Shown piece by piece: positions 10,324 to 20,665 of a stretch of 64,000 nucleotides of DNA. Below the pieces are notes generated by a model, which saw only the letters and a program-made list of their open reading frames with translations, was not told the DNA's origin and searched no databases. The stretch is from positions 128,001 to 192,000 of the forward strand of contig JAVJQW010000018.1 in the NCBI GenBank assembly GCA_040218735.1. The letters are read 5' to 3'. The first letter of the stretch is position 1. Each line of letters opens with the position of its first letter. The translations under genes and the position numbers were made by a program. The stretch is from Deltaproteobacteria bacterium (GTDB lineage: Bacteria; Myxococcota; Kuafuiibacteriia; Kuafuiibacteriales; Kuafuiibacteriaceae).

Positions 10324-11651
10324 TGCTTCTTTTCGGCGCCGAGCCCGAAGAACTCGAACACGAGCCCGTAGGCCGTGAGCGCGCCCGTCGCGTCGCGCGG
10401 CGGTCCGAGGACCCACCGCAACGTCTGCGTCACGCTCCCGTCCGTGCTCGGCACTGCGATCTCCGGGCGTTCGCCCACGCGGAGGCGTAGCGTGTTCGTC
10501 AGCAGGAGGCGATCGTCGAGCTCGGAAAAATCGATCGCCGCGAAGTCGCCGTTGAGTTTCTCGAGCCGGAGCGTCGCCGCCATGCTGCGGATGCCGCGGC
10601 GTTCGTAGGGCTCGACCTCGGCCTCGACGCGTTCGAGGTAGTCGAGGATCGCGTCGATCACCTGCGTGTACGGGTCCACGTAGACCACGGGTTGTTCGTA
10701 GACGTAGCGCTCGCGGTCCGAGACGGCGGCGAGGTACGTCGCGCGGTGGTAGCGCAGCGCGACGGTGATGCGGGTGGAGTCCACGAGCACCGCGACGGGT
10801 TTGTTCGTGCTCTTCGCGAGGCGTCGGTACAGCTCGCTGTCCTTCATGGCGCGCTCGAACGCGGCGAGGAGCTCGGGGCGGATCCCCTCGTTGATGAACT
10901 CGACGCCGAACTTCGCGGTCTTGTCGTTGCGGATGGCGCGCTCGATCCGCAGGCGTCGTTGGCAGCGCTTCCAGCGGCGCTCCGATTCGAGCTTGGAGCC
11001 GAGCCCGGTGATCGTCTGGGGCGTGCCGTCGTAGTAGCGCTCGTAGAGTTTCACGGCGTGGGCGCAGGCGTTGCGGTCCGCGAGTTTGTCGGCGGCGGTC
11101 ATCGGATCGAGGGGCGGCGCGGCGCCGGGGTCGGTCCAGACCTTCGAGACCTTGTCGACGAGGAGGTCCGCGAGGCGCTTGGCCTTGGGGCGCCCTTTTC
11201 GCTTCGAGGCGAGCTTGTTCAGCTTCGCCTCGCTGACCACGGACAGATCCGCGAGCGCGACGACGACGGCCTGCGCGCCGATGGGGCCGTCCTCGCGTTC
11301 GAACGGCTGAAAGCGCGTGATGAGCACGTCGTCGACGTCGGCCTCGACGAAGGTCATGTACAGCTCCGGCGGGATCGAACGGACCGGCCCGGGGAGGCGG
11401 TACAAGACGATCTTGGTTCGGTACACGGTCCGCAGACGCTTCGCCAGGCGGCGCTCGAGCTGCTCGAGGTAGGCGGCCGGCTCGTTGCCGCCCTCCCACT
11501 GGACGATCAGACCCAGGTTGCGGTTCGCGAGCTTGATGAAGGGGCGGTCGGGCCCGCGGCGGGGATCGTCTCGGGGCGGCGGCGCCGACTGGCACGCGGC
11601 GAGGGCCAACGCGAACAGCGGCGGCGCGAGGCGTCTCACAGGGATGCGCAT
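10320..11651 (-). CDS. Hypothetical lipoprotein
   Basis: Lipobox 'LALAAC'; ATG at 11651; coupled to the HD gene. Confidence 0.8.
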   Translation of the reverse strand: MRIPVRRLAPPLFALALAACQSAPPPRDDPRRGPDRPFIKLANRNLGLIVQWEGGNEPAAYLEQLERRLAKRLRTVYRTKIVLYRLPGPVRSIPPELYMTFVEADVDDVLITRFQPFEREDGPIGAQAVVVALADLSVVSEAKLNKLASKRKGRPKAKRLADLLVDKVSKVWTDPGAAPPLDPMTAADKLADRNACAHAVKLYERYYDGTPQTITGLGSKLESERRWKRCQRRLRIERAIRNDKTAKFGVEFINEGIRPELLAAFERAMKDSELYRRLAKSTNKPVAVLVDSTRITVALRYHRATYLAAVSDRERYVYEQPVVYVDPYTQVIDAILDYLERVEAEVEPYERRGIRSMAATLRLEKLNGDFAAIDFSELDDRLLLTNTLRLRVGERPEIAVPSTDGSVTQTLRWVLGPPRDATGALTAYGLVFEFFGLGAEKKQ

Positions 11652-11843
11652 GGGGGGCCGTCGGCGGCGAAGTCGAGGATCGTCGAGGCACAAAAGTGTG
11701 TCAAACGGGCCTCAGGTAGCGGTTTTTTGGCCTTTTTGCCGGTTCGGGGCTACCCACACCCAGCCAGGATCCGATAGCTTGGCAAGTCTGCGGTCGAGCC
11801 TCGTAGGGAGGCCGGCGCTGCAGGGGGAAGGGGAGATGGCCGG

Positions 11844-12830
11844 ATGGCCTCAGCCAGGAAGCGAACCATCCTCGCGCACATTACGGACGCGCACGTCGCG
11901 CCGAATGGGCGGCCGACCGCCATACTCAAACATCGAAGCGAAGCGATCCTGAGCGACCTCGTGGATCAATGCCTCGAGCGCGGCGCGGACAGCGTCGTGT
12001 TCGGCGGCGACAACATCGACAACCGCGGTCACGGTACCGCCGACCTCGACGCCTTCGTACGTATCACCGAGCGCCTCCCGCACTGCTTGTGCATCGTCGG
12101 CAACCACGAGGCCGCCTCCTTCGAGCCCGGACGCATTACCAAACACGTCTTCGCGGAGCGCATGGCGGGACGGGGGATCGGCGCGGCGCGGTTCACGTTC
12201 TCCGAAGTGGTCGGCGACGTCCGCGTCATCGGGATCGACACGACCCTCCAGGGCACGCCGGGCGGCTACGTCGCGCCGGCGACGATGGCCTTCCTCGCGC
12301 GCGAGCTCGCGAACGCGGAGGAGAACCACATCGTCGTGGTCGGGCACCACCTGCTGCACCGCGCGTGGGAGCCGCACTTCCTCCAGTCCTGGGACCAGGA
12401 GTACCTCGTTGCGAACCGCGAAGAGGTCACCGCCTTGCTCGCGAGTCACCCGCGCGTGCGCGCGTACCTGTGCGGGCACCACCACGCGTCGCGCATCCAG
12501 CGGATCAAGAGCCGCGGGCACGCGGGCGGGTTCTATCACGTGCTCACGAGCTCCCCGACGGCGTACCCGCACTCGGCGCGCCTCCTCGCGTTCGAGGACG
12601 ACGGCATCCACGTGGCGCGGCTGATCCCGCGCATCGAGGGGCTCATCGACGAAGGCCGCGAGGCGGTGTTGCACGGTCGGAAGGCGCGTCGTTTCGCCAC
12701 GCTCGGTGCGCGCCGTTCGTTCCTGCAGTACGTCGAGGGTCGACAGAGCGACAACGACGTCATCCTCCCGTACGACGCCGCGCCGGTCTCCGAGCGCATC
12801 GGCGTCGCCGTCGAACGTCGCGCCGTTTGA
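11844..12830 (+). CDS. Calcineurin-like metallophosphoesterase (CpdA/Icc-like)
   Basis: Motifs DAH, GDNID, GNHE, GHH and GHHH. Confidence 0.9.
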   Translation: MASARKRTILAHITDAHVAPNGRPTAILKHRSEAILSDLVDQCLERGADSVVFGGDNIDNRGHGTADLDAFVRITERLPHCLCIVGNHEAASFEPGRITKHVFAERMAGRGIGAARFTFSEVVGDVRVIGIDTTLQGTPGGYVAPATMAFLARELANAEENHIVVVGHHLLHRAWEPHFLQSWDQEYLVANREEVTALLASHPRVRAYLCGHHHASRIQRIKSRGHAGGFYHVLTSSPTAYPHSARLLAFEDDGIHVARLIPRIEGLIDEGREAVLHGRKARRFATLGARRSFLQYVEGRQSDNDVILPYDAAPVSERIGVAVERRAV

Positions 12831-13702
12831 GACGTCTCGCATCGTTGTGGCTGTGCCTCGCGAGCACGGGGTGCCTCGCTGCGCGCGCGCTCGCGCCGGA
12901 TCCGATGCCCGCGGGCGGGCGCGTGGTGCACGACCTCGCGTACCGCGAAGTGTCCTTCGCCGACGACGCGCGCCGCCTCGACGTCTTCGTCCCGCCTGGC
13001 GACGGCCCGCACCCGGTGGTGGTGTTCGTGCACGGCGGCTTCTGGGTGAGCGGCGGGCGCAAGGCAGCTTTCGGGGTCTACGAGCGGCTCGGGCACCGGC
13101 TCGCGCAGGCGGGGGTGTTGGGTGTGGTGATCTCGTATCGCCTCGCACCGGCGCATCGGCACCCGGCGCAGATCTCGGACGTCGCGGCGGCGATCGCGAC
13201 CGCGTTCGACAACGTGGTGCAGTACGGCGGGGATCCTCAGCGGGTGTTCGTGATGGGGCACTCCGCGGGGGCGCACCTGGCGCTGCTGGCGGCGTTGGAT
13301 CGTCGGTGGCTCGCGGCGGAGGGGGCCTCGCCGCGTCGGCTCGCGGGGGTGATCGGGTTGTCGGGGGTCTATGACCTACCGGACCTCGCGACGCGGGGCC
13401 GCGGGAAGGTGCGGGTGCCGCAGGTCTTCGGTTCGAGCACGGAGGTCTGGAAGCGCGCGTCACCCGTCACGCACGTCGCGAAGCGGACGCCGAGGATCCT
13501 GCTCGCGGACGGTGACGAGGACTATCTGGTGGTGCGCGAGGAGACGGCCTGGCTCCGGGAGGCGCTCGTGAAGGCGGGAGCGCCGGTCGAGTACTTCCGC
13601 GTGAACGAGCGCAATCACGAAGAGGTGATCGTGCGGTTCGGCGAGGACGAAGATCCGCTCGCGGCGCGGGTGTTGGCGTTCGTCAGTGGTTCGTCACGCT
13701 GA
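12827..13702 (+). CDS. Exported alpha/beta hydrolase (HSL-type esterase)
   Basis: HGG oxyanion motif, GHSAG nucleophile elbow, N-terminal signal/lipobox; TTG start overlaps the upstream stop. Confidence 0.88.
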   Translation: MRRLASLWLCLASTGCLAARALAPDPMPAGGRVVHDLAYREVSFADDARRLDVFVPPGDGPHPVVVFVHGGFWVSGGRKAAFGVYERLGHRLAQAGVLGVVISYRLAPAHRHPAQISDVAAAIATAFDNVVQYGGDPQRVFVMGHSAGAHLALLAALDRRWLAAEGASPRRLAGVIGLSGVYDLPDLATRGRGKVRVPQVFGSSTEVWKRASPVTHVAKRTPRILLADGDEDYLVVREETAWLREALVKAGAPVEYFRVNERNHEEVIVRFGEDEDPLAARVLAFVSGSSR

Positions 13703-14243
13703 AGCTGAACGGGAAGCTCGCGTTGACCACCTCTTGGGTGATGCCTTCGTCGGTCTCTCCCGTGAACTCCGGGAAGCGCCAGGTGGGGACGCTGCTCATG
13801 AGGCACTTGCCGATCGTCGCGCGGCGGACGCGGCCGGGGCTGACGTCGACCTCCGCGACCCGGCCGGTCTTCTTCACGGCGAGGTCGAGGATCATATCGT
13901 CGGCCCACTCGGGATCTTCGTCGAGCTGCTTCTTGTAGCAGACGCGGAGGTCCTTCATGTGCTGGCCGACCACGGTCTGGATGTCACCGACGCTGATCAG
14001 CGGCGGCGTGTAGATGCCCATGCGATTGTTGGCGACGAGGACGGGACCGGAGGGGGCGTCGCCGGTGACGGGGACGACGTTCGGGTCTTCCTTCGGAGAC
14101 ATCGCGATCTGAAAGACCTTGGTGTCCTTCTTCTTCTTGAGCTGCGCCATGCGCTTCTCGAACGTCTTGTCGTCGTCGGCCGCGACCGCCGGCGAGGCGG
14201 CGGCGAACAACGCGACGAGGGCGAGAGCCAAGAGCGATCGCAT
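13683..14243 (-). CDS. Secreted protein with AgmX/PglI C-terminal (TonB-C-like) domain
   Basis: Signal peptide; 'IQTVV..LRVCY..L..DP..GRV..CL...WRFP....FPFSF'. Confidence 0.8.
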   Translation of the reverse strand: MRSLLALALVALFAAASPAVAADDDKTFEKRMAQLKKKKDTKVFQIAMSPKEDPNVVPVTGDAPSGPVLVANNRMGIYTPPLISVGDIQTVVGQHMKDLRVCYKKQLDEDPEWADDMILDLAVKKTGRVAEVDVSPGRVRRATIGKCLMSSVPTWRFPEFTGETDEGITQEVVNASFPFSFSVTNH

Positions 14244-14332
14244 GGCGTCAGTCTAAGGTCGCCGGGCGGGGTCGGCAAAGGTGTGAAGCGCTTGCGCGCG
14301 GTCACCTGCGCGGAGGGCCCCGTGATCGCGGT

Positions 14333-15769
14333 ATGCTGGGAGAATCCGTGCGTATCGCGGCGTTCATCACGGCCCTTTGTCTCAGTGCGTCGACCGCCTA
14401 CGGACAGATCGGCGGGGACGAGGCGACGGCGCTCGCGGACGCGGAGCGCTCGAACCTCCCGCCGGATTCGATCGGCGGGGACCTGTCGCTGGGGAAGGTC
14501 GGGGAGGACTGGTTCCTGACGTTGGGGCTCGGTATCACGATCGAGCGGGACCTGTGGGGCTTCGGCGCGCGCGTGCCGCTGCGGTTCAGGATCTTCGATC
14601 GCGACCCGGACAACCCGAGCGACCCGGGCGGGCTGCGTCGGGAGGATTGGGATCAGCCGTCCGACTTCCTGCGTGTGTTGCGGTTCGTCTACGTCGGTCA
14701 GCGCGACAAGAAGGGGCCGTACTACGTGCGCGCCGGGCAGCTGTCGTCGCTGGGGATCGGCTACGGGACGATCATGCACCGCTACCACAACGGCCTCGAC
14801 GCGGCGCGCTTCCACGCGGGGATCAACGCGGCGGTGAACATCGACGCCTACGGAGGCGAAGCGATGATCGGCGATCTGCTGTCGCCGTATCTGTTCGGCG
14901 GGCGGTTCACGGTGAGGCCGCTGCAGGTCGCGTGGGGCGAGGGGTACTGGGATCGATTGGTCACCGGCTTCTCGTTGCTCACCGACGTGACCGCGCCGTT
15001 GCAGCTGACGTCGTCGATGGATCGGGTGGTGACGAACGAAGGCATCCCTTCGGTGGAGCGCGATCGTGCGTTGGTGATCTCGGGGTTGGACGTGGGCTTC
15101 GAGGTGGTGACGCTGCCGTTCCTGACGATCACGCCGTACACCGCGCTCAACAAGATGAGCGTCGTCGACCACGGGCTCGGCTGGCACGCGGGTGTGTTGT
15201 GGCGCGTCACGGTGCCGCTGGTGCTCGACACGTTCGAGGCGGACCTGCGCACCGAATACCAGCGCGTCTCGGGTGACTACCGCGGCCCGTACTTCAACAC
15301 GGTCTACGAGATCGAGCGCTACCAGGTGCTCGCATCGAACGGCGGCTCGCGCCGCACGAAGCTCGGCGTCCTGTGCGGCAACCTCGCCGACTGCTCGCAG
15401 GGCAACCCGGGCGCGAAGAACGGTGTCTTCCTGGACCTGCGCGCGGGCTTGCCGAACTGGATCTACGTCGGCGGCGAGTACCTCAACTACGACGGCGGCC
15501 GCGACGAGGGCACGCTGCGTTTGTCGCTGGAGGTGCCGGCGCTCGAGTTCGTGGAGTTCTCGGCGTTCTACTTCCGCATCAACATCACCGGCACGGACGA
15601 CCTGTTCGCGATCGACGACCGCTCCGCGATCGTCGCCCAGGCGACGGTCCCGATCGCGTGGGTCCTGAGCGCCCAGGCGCGCTGGTGGCGCGTGTGGCAG
15701 GCGACGGATGACGGGTATATGTCGGTGGATGATTGGAGCGTGGGCGTGGGCGTGAACCTGACGCTGTGA
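14333..15769 (+). CDS. Putative outer-membrane beta-barrel protein
   Basis: Signal peptide, alternating amphipathic strands, C-terminal 'WSVGVGVNLTL'. True start may be the GTG at 14348. Confidence 0.7.
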   Translation: MLGESVRIAAFITALCLSASTAYGQIGGDEATALADAERSNLPPDSIGGDLSLGKVGEDWFLTLGLGITIERDLWGFGARVPLRFRIFDRDPDNPSDPGGLRREDWDQPSDFLRVLRFVYVGQRDKKGPYYVRAGQLSSLGIGYGTIMHRYHNGLDAARFHAGINAAVNIDAYGGEAMIGDLLSPYLFGGRFTVRPLQVAWGEGYWDRLVTGFSLLTDVTAPLQLTSSMDRVVTNEGIPSVERDRALVISGLDVGFEVVTLPFLTITPYTALNKMSVVDHGLGWHAGVLWRVTVPLVLDTFEADLRTEYQRVSGDYRGPYFNTVYEIERYQVLASNGGSRRTKLGVLCGNLADCSQGNPGAKNGVFLDLRAGLPNWIYVGGEYLNYDGGRDEGTLRLSLEVPALEFVEFSAFYFRINITGTDDLFAIDDRSAIVAQATVPIAWVLSAQARWWRVWQATDDGYMSVDDWSVGVGVNLTL

Positions 15770-15786
15770 GGGGGTAGGGAGCGGAG

Positions 15787-15900
15787 TCCGATTCCGTGTC
15801 CGCATCCGAATCCGTGTCCGAATCCGAGTCCGAGTCCGAATCCGAGTCCGAATCCGAGTCCGAATCCGAGTCCGAATCCGAGTCCGCATCCGAGTCCGAT
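15787..15900. repeat. Intergenic hexamer tandem repeat (TCCGNN) x19, mostly alternating TCCGAA/TCCGAG
   Basis: Counted directly in the sequence. Confidence 0.95.
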
Positions 15901-15983
15901 CCCCGCGTTCGACGATCCCCTCACCTGGCGCGGGTATTTCTCCGCACCGCCATCGCCACCCTCCGTGTTACCCACCACCCCCG

Positions 15984-16856
15984 ATGCCCCTGCGACACCT
16001 CCGGCGCGGCCCGCTGCTCATGGCGCTCGCCGCGCTCGCGTTCACGGTGATGGCGGGCGCCGTGAAGGTGGCGCGCTCCGAGATGTCGCCGTTCGAGGTG
16101 ATCACGTTTCGGTGCATCGTTTCGCTGCCGTTCTGCGCGCTGTACTGCGCCGTCGGCAGCGGGACGTTCGTCGTGCACGGCAAGCGCATGATCCTGTTGC
16201 GCTCGCTGCTCGGGTTCTTCGCGATGGTCGGGCTCGTTACGGCGACGAAGTCGCTGCCGCTCGCGGACCTCACGCTGATCACCAAGCTGCAGCCGTTGAT
16301 CGTCGCGCTCGGCGCGCCGCTGTTGATGGGGGCGACGGAGCGCGTCGGGCCGGTCGTCTGGGGCGGCCTCGTGCTCGGGCTCGCCGGGTGCGCCGTGTTG
16401 ATCGGGCCGCAGCTCGCCGCCGGGACGCCGTTCGGGCTCATCGCGCTCGGCGCGACGTGCCTCTCCGCGGGCGCGCACCTCGCGGTGCGGCGGATGGGGA
16501 AGTCCGAGTCGCCGCAGGCGATCGTGTTCTGGTTCCAGCTGACGCTCCTGCCGCTCGCGATCCTCGGGCAGCTCGCGTTCGACGGGACGCTCCCCCGTAT
16601 CCCGCCCGCGCACCTCGTGGGGCCCGTCGTGCTCGTGGGGATCGCCTCCACGTTCGGGCAGGTCCTGATGACCAACGCCTACCGCCACGACCGCGCCGCG
16701 GTGGTGGCCGCGGCCTCGTACAGCTCGCCGGTCTGGGCCGTCATCGCCGACGTCCTCGTGTTCGACCTCCTCCCCACCGCGCGCGTGTGGATCGGCGGCG
16801 CCCTGGTGATCCTCGCAGGGCTCCTCGTCGTCTATCGCCGCAACGCGGCGAACTGA
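15984..16856 (+). CDS. DMT/EamA family transporter
   Basis: About 10 hydrophobic segments in two EamA-like halves. Confidence 0.9.
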   Translation: MPLRHLRRGPLLMALAALAFTVMAGAVKVARSEMSPFEVITFRCIVSLPFCALYCAVGSGTFVVHGKRMILLRSLLGFFAMVGLVTATKSLPLADLTLITKLQPLIVALGAPLLMGATERVGPVVWGGLVLGLAGCAVLIGPQLAAGTPFGLIALGATCLSAGAHLAVRRMGKSESPQAIVFWFQLTLLPLAILGQLAFDGTLPRIPPAHLVGPVVLVGIASTFGQVLMTNAYRHDRAAVVAAASYSSPVWAVIADVLVFDLLPTARVWIGGALVILAGLLVVYRRNAAN

Positions 16857-16877
16857 ACGGTCGACGGTCGACGGTCG
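16857..16877. repeat. Heptamer tandem repeat (ACGGTCG) x3
   Basis: Immediately follows the DMT stop codon. Confidence 0.8.
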
Positions 16878-16900
16878 ACCCGCTAAGTTCCCGCGCGTCC

Positions 16901-17839
16901 GTGCGTTCGACCGTCGCCCAGCCCGCGCCCCGCGGGGTCGCTGCGCTGGGGCTCCTCGTCGCGCTCGGCGGCGGCCTTTACGGCGCGGCGTTCTGGCTCA
17001 CCGTCGACGAAGGGCCCTCCGCCGAGGCGATCGCCGAAGCCGCGAAACCCATCCTCGACGGGCACCGCGCCGGCGACCTGATCCTCGTCGTCCCGCACTT
17101 CGCGACGCGGGTGTACGAACACGTCGGGCACCTGGGACCGCTCGCTGTGAAGGCCCCCCTCCGCGAAGACCTCGACGGCCACCAACGGATATGGGTGTTC
17201 GGCATCTTCGGGGACGGCGAACCGCTCGTCGATGCGCTCACCGCGCGCGGCCTCGAGCTCGCCGAGCGCTTCACGACGCCGGCCGGGACCACCGTCGCGC
17301 TCCTGAACAACCCCGGCGCCAACACGATCCGCTACGACTTCCTCGCGCGCCTGCGCGACGCGAAGGTCTTCCACGAGAAAAACGGCACCCGCACCGCGTG
17401 CAGCGAGTGGACCTCCGGCCGCGGCGGCGCCGGCCGCTGGCAGTGCCCCTACGACAAGGACTGGTTCTACGTCGCGCCCGAGTATCACTTGATGGGTGAC
17501 CACTCGCGGCTGTGTCTGTGGGCGCACCCGCCGGGGGAGGGGCGGCTGATCGTCGAGTATCCTCGCGTGCCGCTCGCCGGGCGGCTCTACGGACGCGCCG
17601 GCCATACACTCAATGGATCGCTCAACGCACGCGCGCCGATCGACCTCGACGTCGCCTTCGACGGCGGCCCGCCGCAGCGCTTCGTCTTCGAGCTCGAGGA
17701 CTACTTCGAGCCGTTCTACGTCCGCACCGCGACCGCCGGGACCGCCACGGTGTCCTTTGCGATCTCCACCGTGGACGCGGGCGTGAACCACTTCTGCTTC
17801 ACCGCGGACATCCGCACCGCCGAGGAGCTCGCGCCGTGA
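16901..17839 (+). CDS. Membrane-anchored hypothetical protein
   Basis: N-terminal TM segment; Cys-containing beta-rich C-terminal part; coupled to the glycosyltransferase gene. Start approximate. Confidence 0.72.
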   Translation: MRSTVAQPAPRGVAALGLLVALGGGLYGAAFWLTVDEGPSAEAIAEAAKPILDGHRAGDLILVVPHFATRVYEHVGHLGPLAVKAPLREDLDGHQRIWVFGIFGDGEPLVDALTARGLELAERFTTPAGTTVALLNNPGANTIRYDFLARLRDAKVFHEKNGTRTACSEWTSGRGGAGRWQCPYDKDWFYVAPEYHLMGDHSRLCLWAHPPGEGRLIVEYPRVPLAGRLYGRAGHTLNGSLNARAPIDLDVAFDGGPPQRFVFELEDYFEPFYVRTATAGTATVSFAISTVDAGVNHFCFTADIRTAEELAP

Positions 17840-19470
17840 AGAACGTGAAGACGATTCACATCGTCTGGCTGATCGCGCTCGCCTACGTCGCGGTGCTGTG
17901 GAGCACGGCCTCCAGCGTCGGCTTCACGCGCGACGAGGGCTACTACTTCAAGGCCGCGCAGGAGTACTCCGGGTGGTGGGGCGTTCTGTTCTCGTCGCGC
18001 TTCTTCGACGCCTTCACCGCGACCGAGATCGCCAAACACTTCAGCTACAACACCGAGCACCCGCCGCTCGTGAAGCTCTGCCAGGGCATCACGTACCACG
18101 TCTTCTCCGAGTGGCTCGGCGTCACGTCCCCGTCGACCGGGTTCCGCGTGACCGGCTTCCTGTTCGGCGGCTTCAGCCTCGTCGCGACCTACCTGCTCGC
18201 GAAGGAGCTCGTCGACGAACGCACCGGCGTCCTCGCTGCGCTCTTCATGGCGGTGATGCCGCGTTACTTCTTCGACGCGCACCTCGCCTGCTTCGACGTC
18301 CCGATCACCGCGATGTGGACGTTCTCGATCTACATGTTCGTCCGCGCGCTGCGTGCGCCGCGCGGTCAGGTTTGGCGCCGCGCGATCCAGTGCGGCGTCG
18401 TGTTCGGGCTCGCGCTCGCGACGAAGCTCAACGCGCTGTTCCTCCCGTTTGTCTTCATCCTGCTCTGGCTGATCGAGCCGCCCGACCCGCTCGCGCCGCG
18501 CCTCGTGCGCGCTCCGCTCGGCGGCACCGACGTCCGCCTCCCGCGCGTGCCGATCGTGCTGTGGACCTGCGCGATCATCGGACCGCTCGTCTTCATCGCG
18601 ACGTGGCCGCACCTGTGGCACGACACCTTCGGGCGCATCAACGCGTACCTGTTGTTCCACATGCACCACGAGCACTACCCGGCGCTCTACCTCGGGGACC
18701 TGCTCATCAAGCCGCCGTTCCCGTGGCACTTCCCGGTGGTGATGACGTTCTACACGGTGCCCGCGCCCATCGTGTTGCTCGGCGCGCTCGGTCTGCTGCG
18801 CGCCCTCGTTGCCTTCGTTCGTCGGAGGAACCTCGCGGACGGTCTGCTCCTGGTCGGCGTCGCGCTCCCGGTGTTCCTGATCGCGATGCCCGACACCCCG
18901 ATCTTCGGCGGCGTGAAGCACTGGTACAACGCGCTCCCCGCGCTCTCGATCCTCGCCGCGCGCGCGCTGTGGGGATCCCTCGACGCGTTCGACTTCGGCA
19001 GCAGACCCGCCATCGCGTACACCATCGCGGCGCTCACCGTGGTTCCCGGCGCGCTCGCGATCCAGCACAGCCACCCCAATGGCATCGGCTTCTACAACGA
19101 GCTCGCGGGTGGCTACGTCGGCGCCGCGAGGATCGGCATGCAGCGCGGCTTCTGGGGCGGCCTCGCGTACCCGTTGTACCCGACGCTGAACGAGCGCACC
19201 GTCGGCCCGACGCGGGTCTTCTTCAACCGCACCAACTACGACAGCTACAAGATGTACCGCCGCGAGGACGTCTTCGAGCGCCGCTTCCACTACGCCAACG
19301 AACCGCGCGGCGCGCAGGTCGCGGTCGACTTCGCGCAGCCCGAGCACGCCGAGCAGCAGGGCGCGATCTGGTCCTGGGTCGGCACGCGCCCCGTCGCGGG
19401 TGTGTACCAGGACAACGTCACGCTGATTCAGCTCTACGTGAAGGGCCAGTCGAACGCGCCGCCCCCCTGA
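17836..19470 (+). CDS. GT-C fold glycosyltransferase (ArnT/PMT family)
   Basis: 'GFTRDEGYY', 'EHPPLVK', 'LALATKLNA', many TM helices. Confidence 0.9.
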   Translation: MKNVKTIHIVWLIALAYVAVLWSTASSVGFTRDEGYYFKAAQEYSGWWGVLFSSRFFDAFTATEIAKHFSYNTEHPPLVKLCQGITYHVFSEWLGVTSPSTGFRVTGFLFGGFSLVATYLLAKELVDERTGVLAALFMAVMPRYFFDAHLACFDVPITAMWTFSIYMFVRALRAPRGQVWRRAIQCGVVFGLALATKLNALFLPFVFILLWLIEPPDPLAPRLVRAPLGGTDVRLPRVPIVLWTCAIIGPLVFIATWPHLWHDTFGRINAYLLFHMHHEHYPALYLGDLLIKPPFPWHFPVVMTFYTVPAPIVLLGALGLLRALVAFVRRRNLADGLLLVGVALPVFLIAMPDTPIFGGVKHWYNALPALSILAARALWGSLDAFDFGSRPAIAYTIAALTVVPGALAIQHSHPNGIGFYNELAGGYVGAARIGMQRGFWGGLAYPLYPTLNERTVGPTRVFFNRTNYDSYKMYRREDVFERRFHYANEPRGAQVAVDFAQPEHAEQQGAIWSWVGTRPVAGVYQDNVTLIQLYVKGQSNAPPP

Positions 19471-19525
19471 ACCTGCGTCGTCGGACTCCCACCGCGACGC
19501 CCAAGCAGCGTAGACTCCGCGAAGG

Positions 19526-20017
19526 GTGAGCGACGAGCGCGACGACCGGCTCGAGACGGTGCCGATCACGGACCAGATCTCCTTGCGCGTGCAGGAGTCG
19601 GTGAACGAGGTCGACCCCGCGGGGCCCGAGCCGCCGCCGCCCCCTGCGCCCGTCGAAGTCGAGGCGCCGCTGGAGATCGAGCCGTTGCCACCGCGTCCAC
19701 CGCCCACTCCGTTGCCGCCCACCGAGGCGGAGCTCGCGCTCCGGCGTTCGCGTCGCCGTCGGGTGTTGCTCGCCGTATTCGCGGTGGTGCTCGGCGCGGC
19801 GGGTTTCTTCGGGTTCACGGACGTGGGGCGCGCGATGCTCCCGGTCGGGATGCGCGGTCAGGCGAAGACGCTCGCGGACGACGTCGAACGTCGCGCGCGT
19901 GAAGCGACGACCGACGCGTACTACACGTTCACGGACGACGAGGGCGTGGTGCACATCGTCGACTCGCTCGAGAAGGTCCCGGACCGCTACAAGCGCCGCG
20001 CTAAGCGCAAGTACTGA
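19526..20017 (+). CDS. Small membrane protein with Pro-rich linker and DUF4124-like C-terminus
   Basis: 'YYTFTDDEGVVHIVDSLEKVPDRYK'. Confidence 0.75.
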   Translation: MSDERDDRLETVPITDQISLRVQESVNEVDPAGPEPPPPPAPVEVEAPLEIEPLPPRPPPTPLPPTEAELALRRSRRRRVLLAVFAVVLGAAGFFGFTDVGRAMLPVGMRGQAKTLADDVERRAREATTDAYYTFTDDEGVVHIVDSLEKVPDRYKRRAKRKY

Positions 20018-20099
20018 GTCGAAGTGTGTGTGTGGCCCGCGATGTGCGGGTGTGGCGCCGATTGTCCGTCCTCTCGGGTTCGCGCATTCTCTCCTCGAG

Positions 20100-20660
20100 A
20101 TGGCGGGCGGAGAGGTCACCGAGCTCCTCGCGGCGGCGCGCGGCGGCGATCGTGAGGCGGCGGACGCGCTGATGCCCGTCGTCTACGACGAGCTGCACCG
20201 CCGCGCCGCGGCGCTGATGCAGCGGGAGTCGCGCGAGAACACCCTGCAGGCCACCGCGTTGGTCCACGAGGCCTACCTCGTGCTCGTCCGTCAGGATCGC
20301 GCATCGTTCAACGATCGCGCGCACTTCTTCGCCGTCGCCGCCCAGATGATGCGGCGGATCCTGGTGGATCACGCACGGTCGCGCTCTCGGGACAAACGCG
20401 GGGCCGGGGTGGTGCGTGTGCAGCTGGACGAGGGCGTCGCGCTGTCGCCGCAGCGTGACCACGACGTCATCGCGCTCGACGACGCCCTGCGGGAGCTCGC
20501 CGAGCTCGACCCGCGGCAGGCCGAGATCGTTGCGATGCGCTTCTTTGGGGGTTTGACGGTCGCGGAGGTCGCCGAAGCGCTCAACGTTTCCAAGAGAGCG
20601 GTCGAATCGGAGTGGACGATGGCGAAGGCGTGGCTGCGCCGAGCGTTGTTGGAGCAGTGA
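20100..20660 (+). CDS. ECF sigma factor, kinase-associated (TIGR02999-like)
   Basis: 'VYDELHRRA..TLQATALVHEAYL..HFFAVAAQMMRRILVDHAR'. Confidence 0.93.
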   Translation: MAGGEVTELLAAARGGDREAADALMPVVYDELHRRAAALMQRESRENTLQATALVHEAYLVLVRQDRASFNDRAHFFAVAAQMMRRILVDHARSRSRDKRGAGVVRVQLDEGVALSPQRDHDVIALDDALRELAELDPRQAEIVAMRFFGGLTVAEVAEALNVSKRAVESEWTMAKAWLRRALLEQ

Positions 20661-20665
20661 GGGGG

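Noticed and set aside
8989-11691. 900-aa ORF suggesting a long N-terminal extension on the HD protein
   Set aside because: The extension is an Arg/Pro-rich off-frame read of the lipoprotein gene; the real start is the GTG at 10323.
15787-15900. Possible CRISPR array or coding (SE)n peptide
   Set aside because: Simple hexamer repeat with no spacers or cas genes; the 84-aa ORF lacks support.
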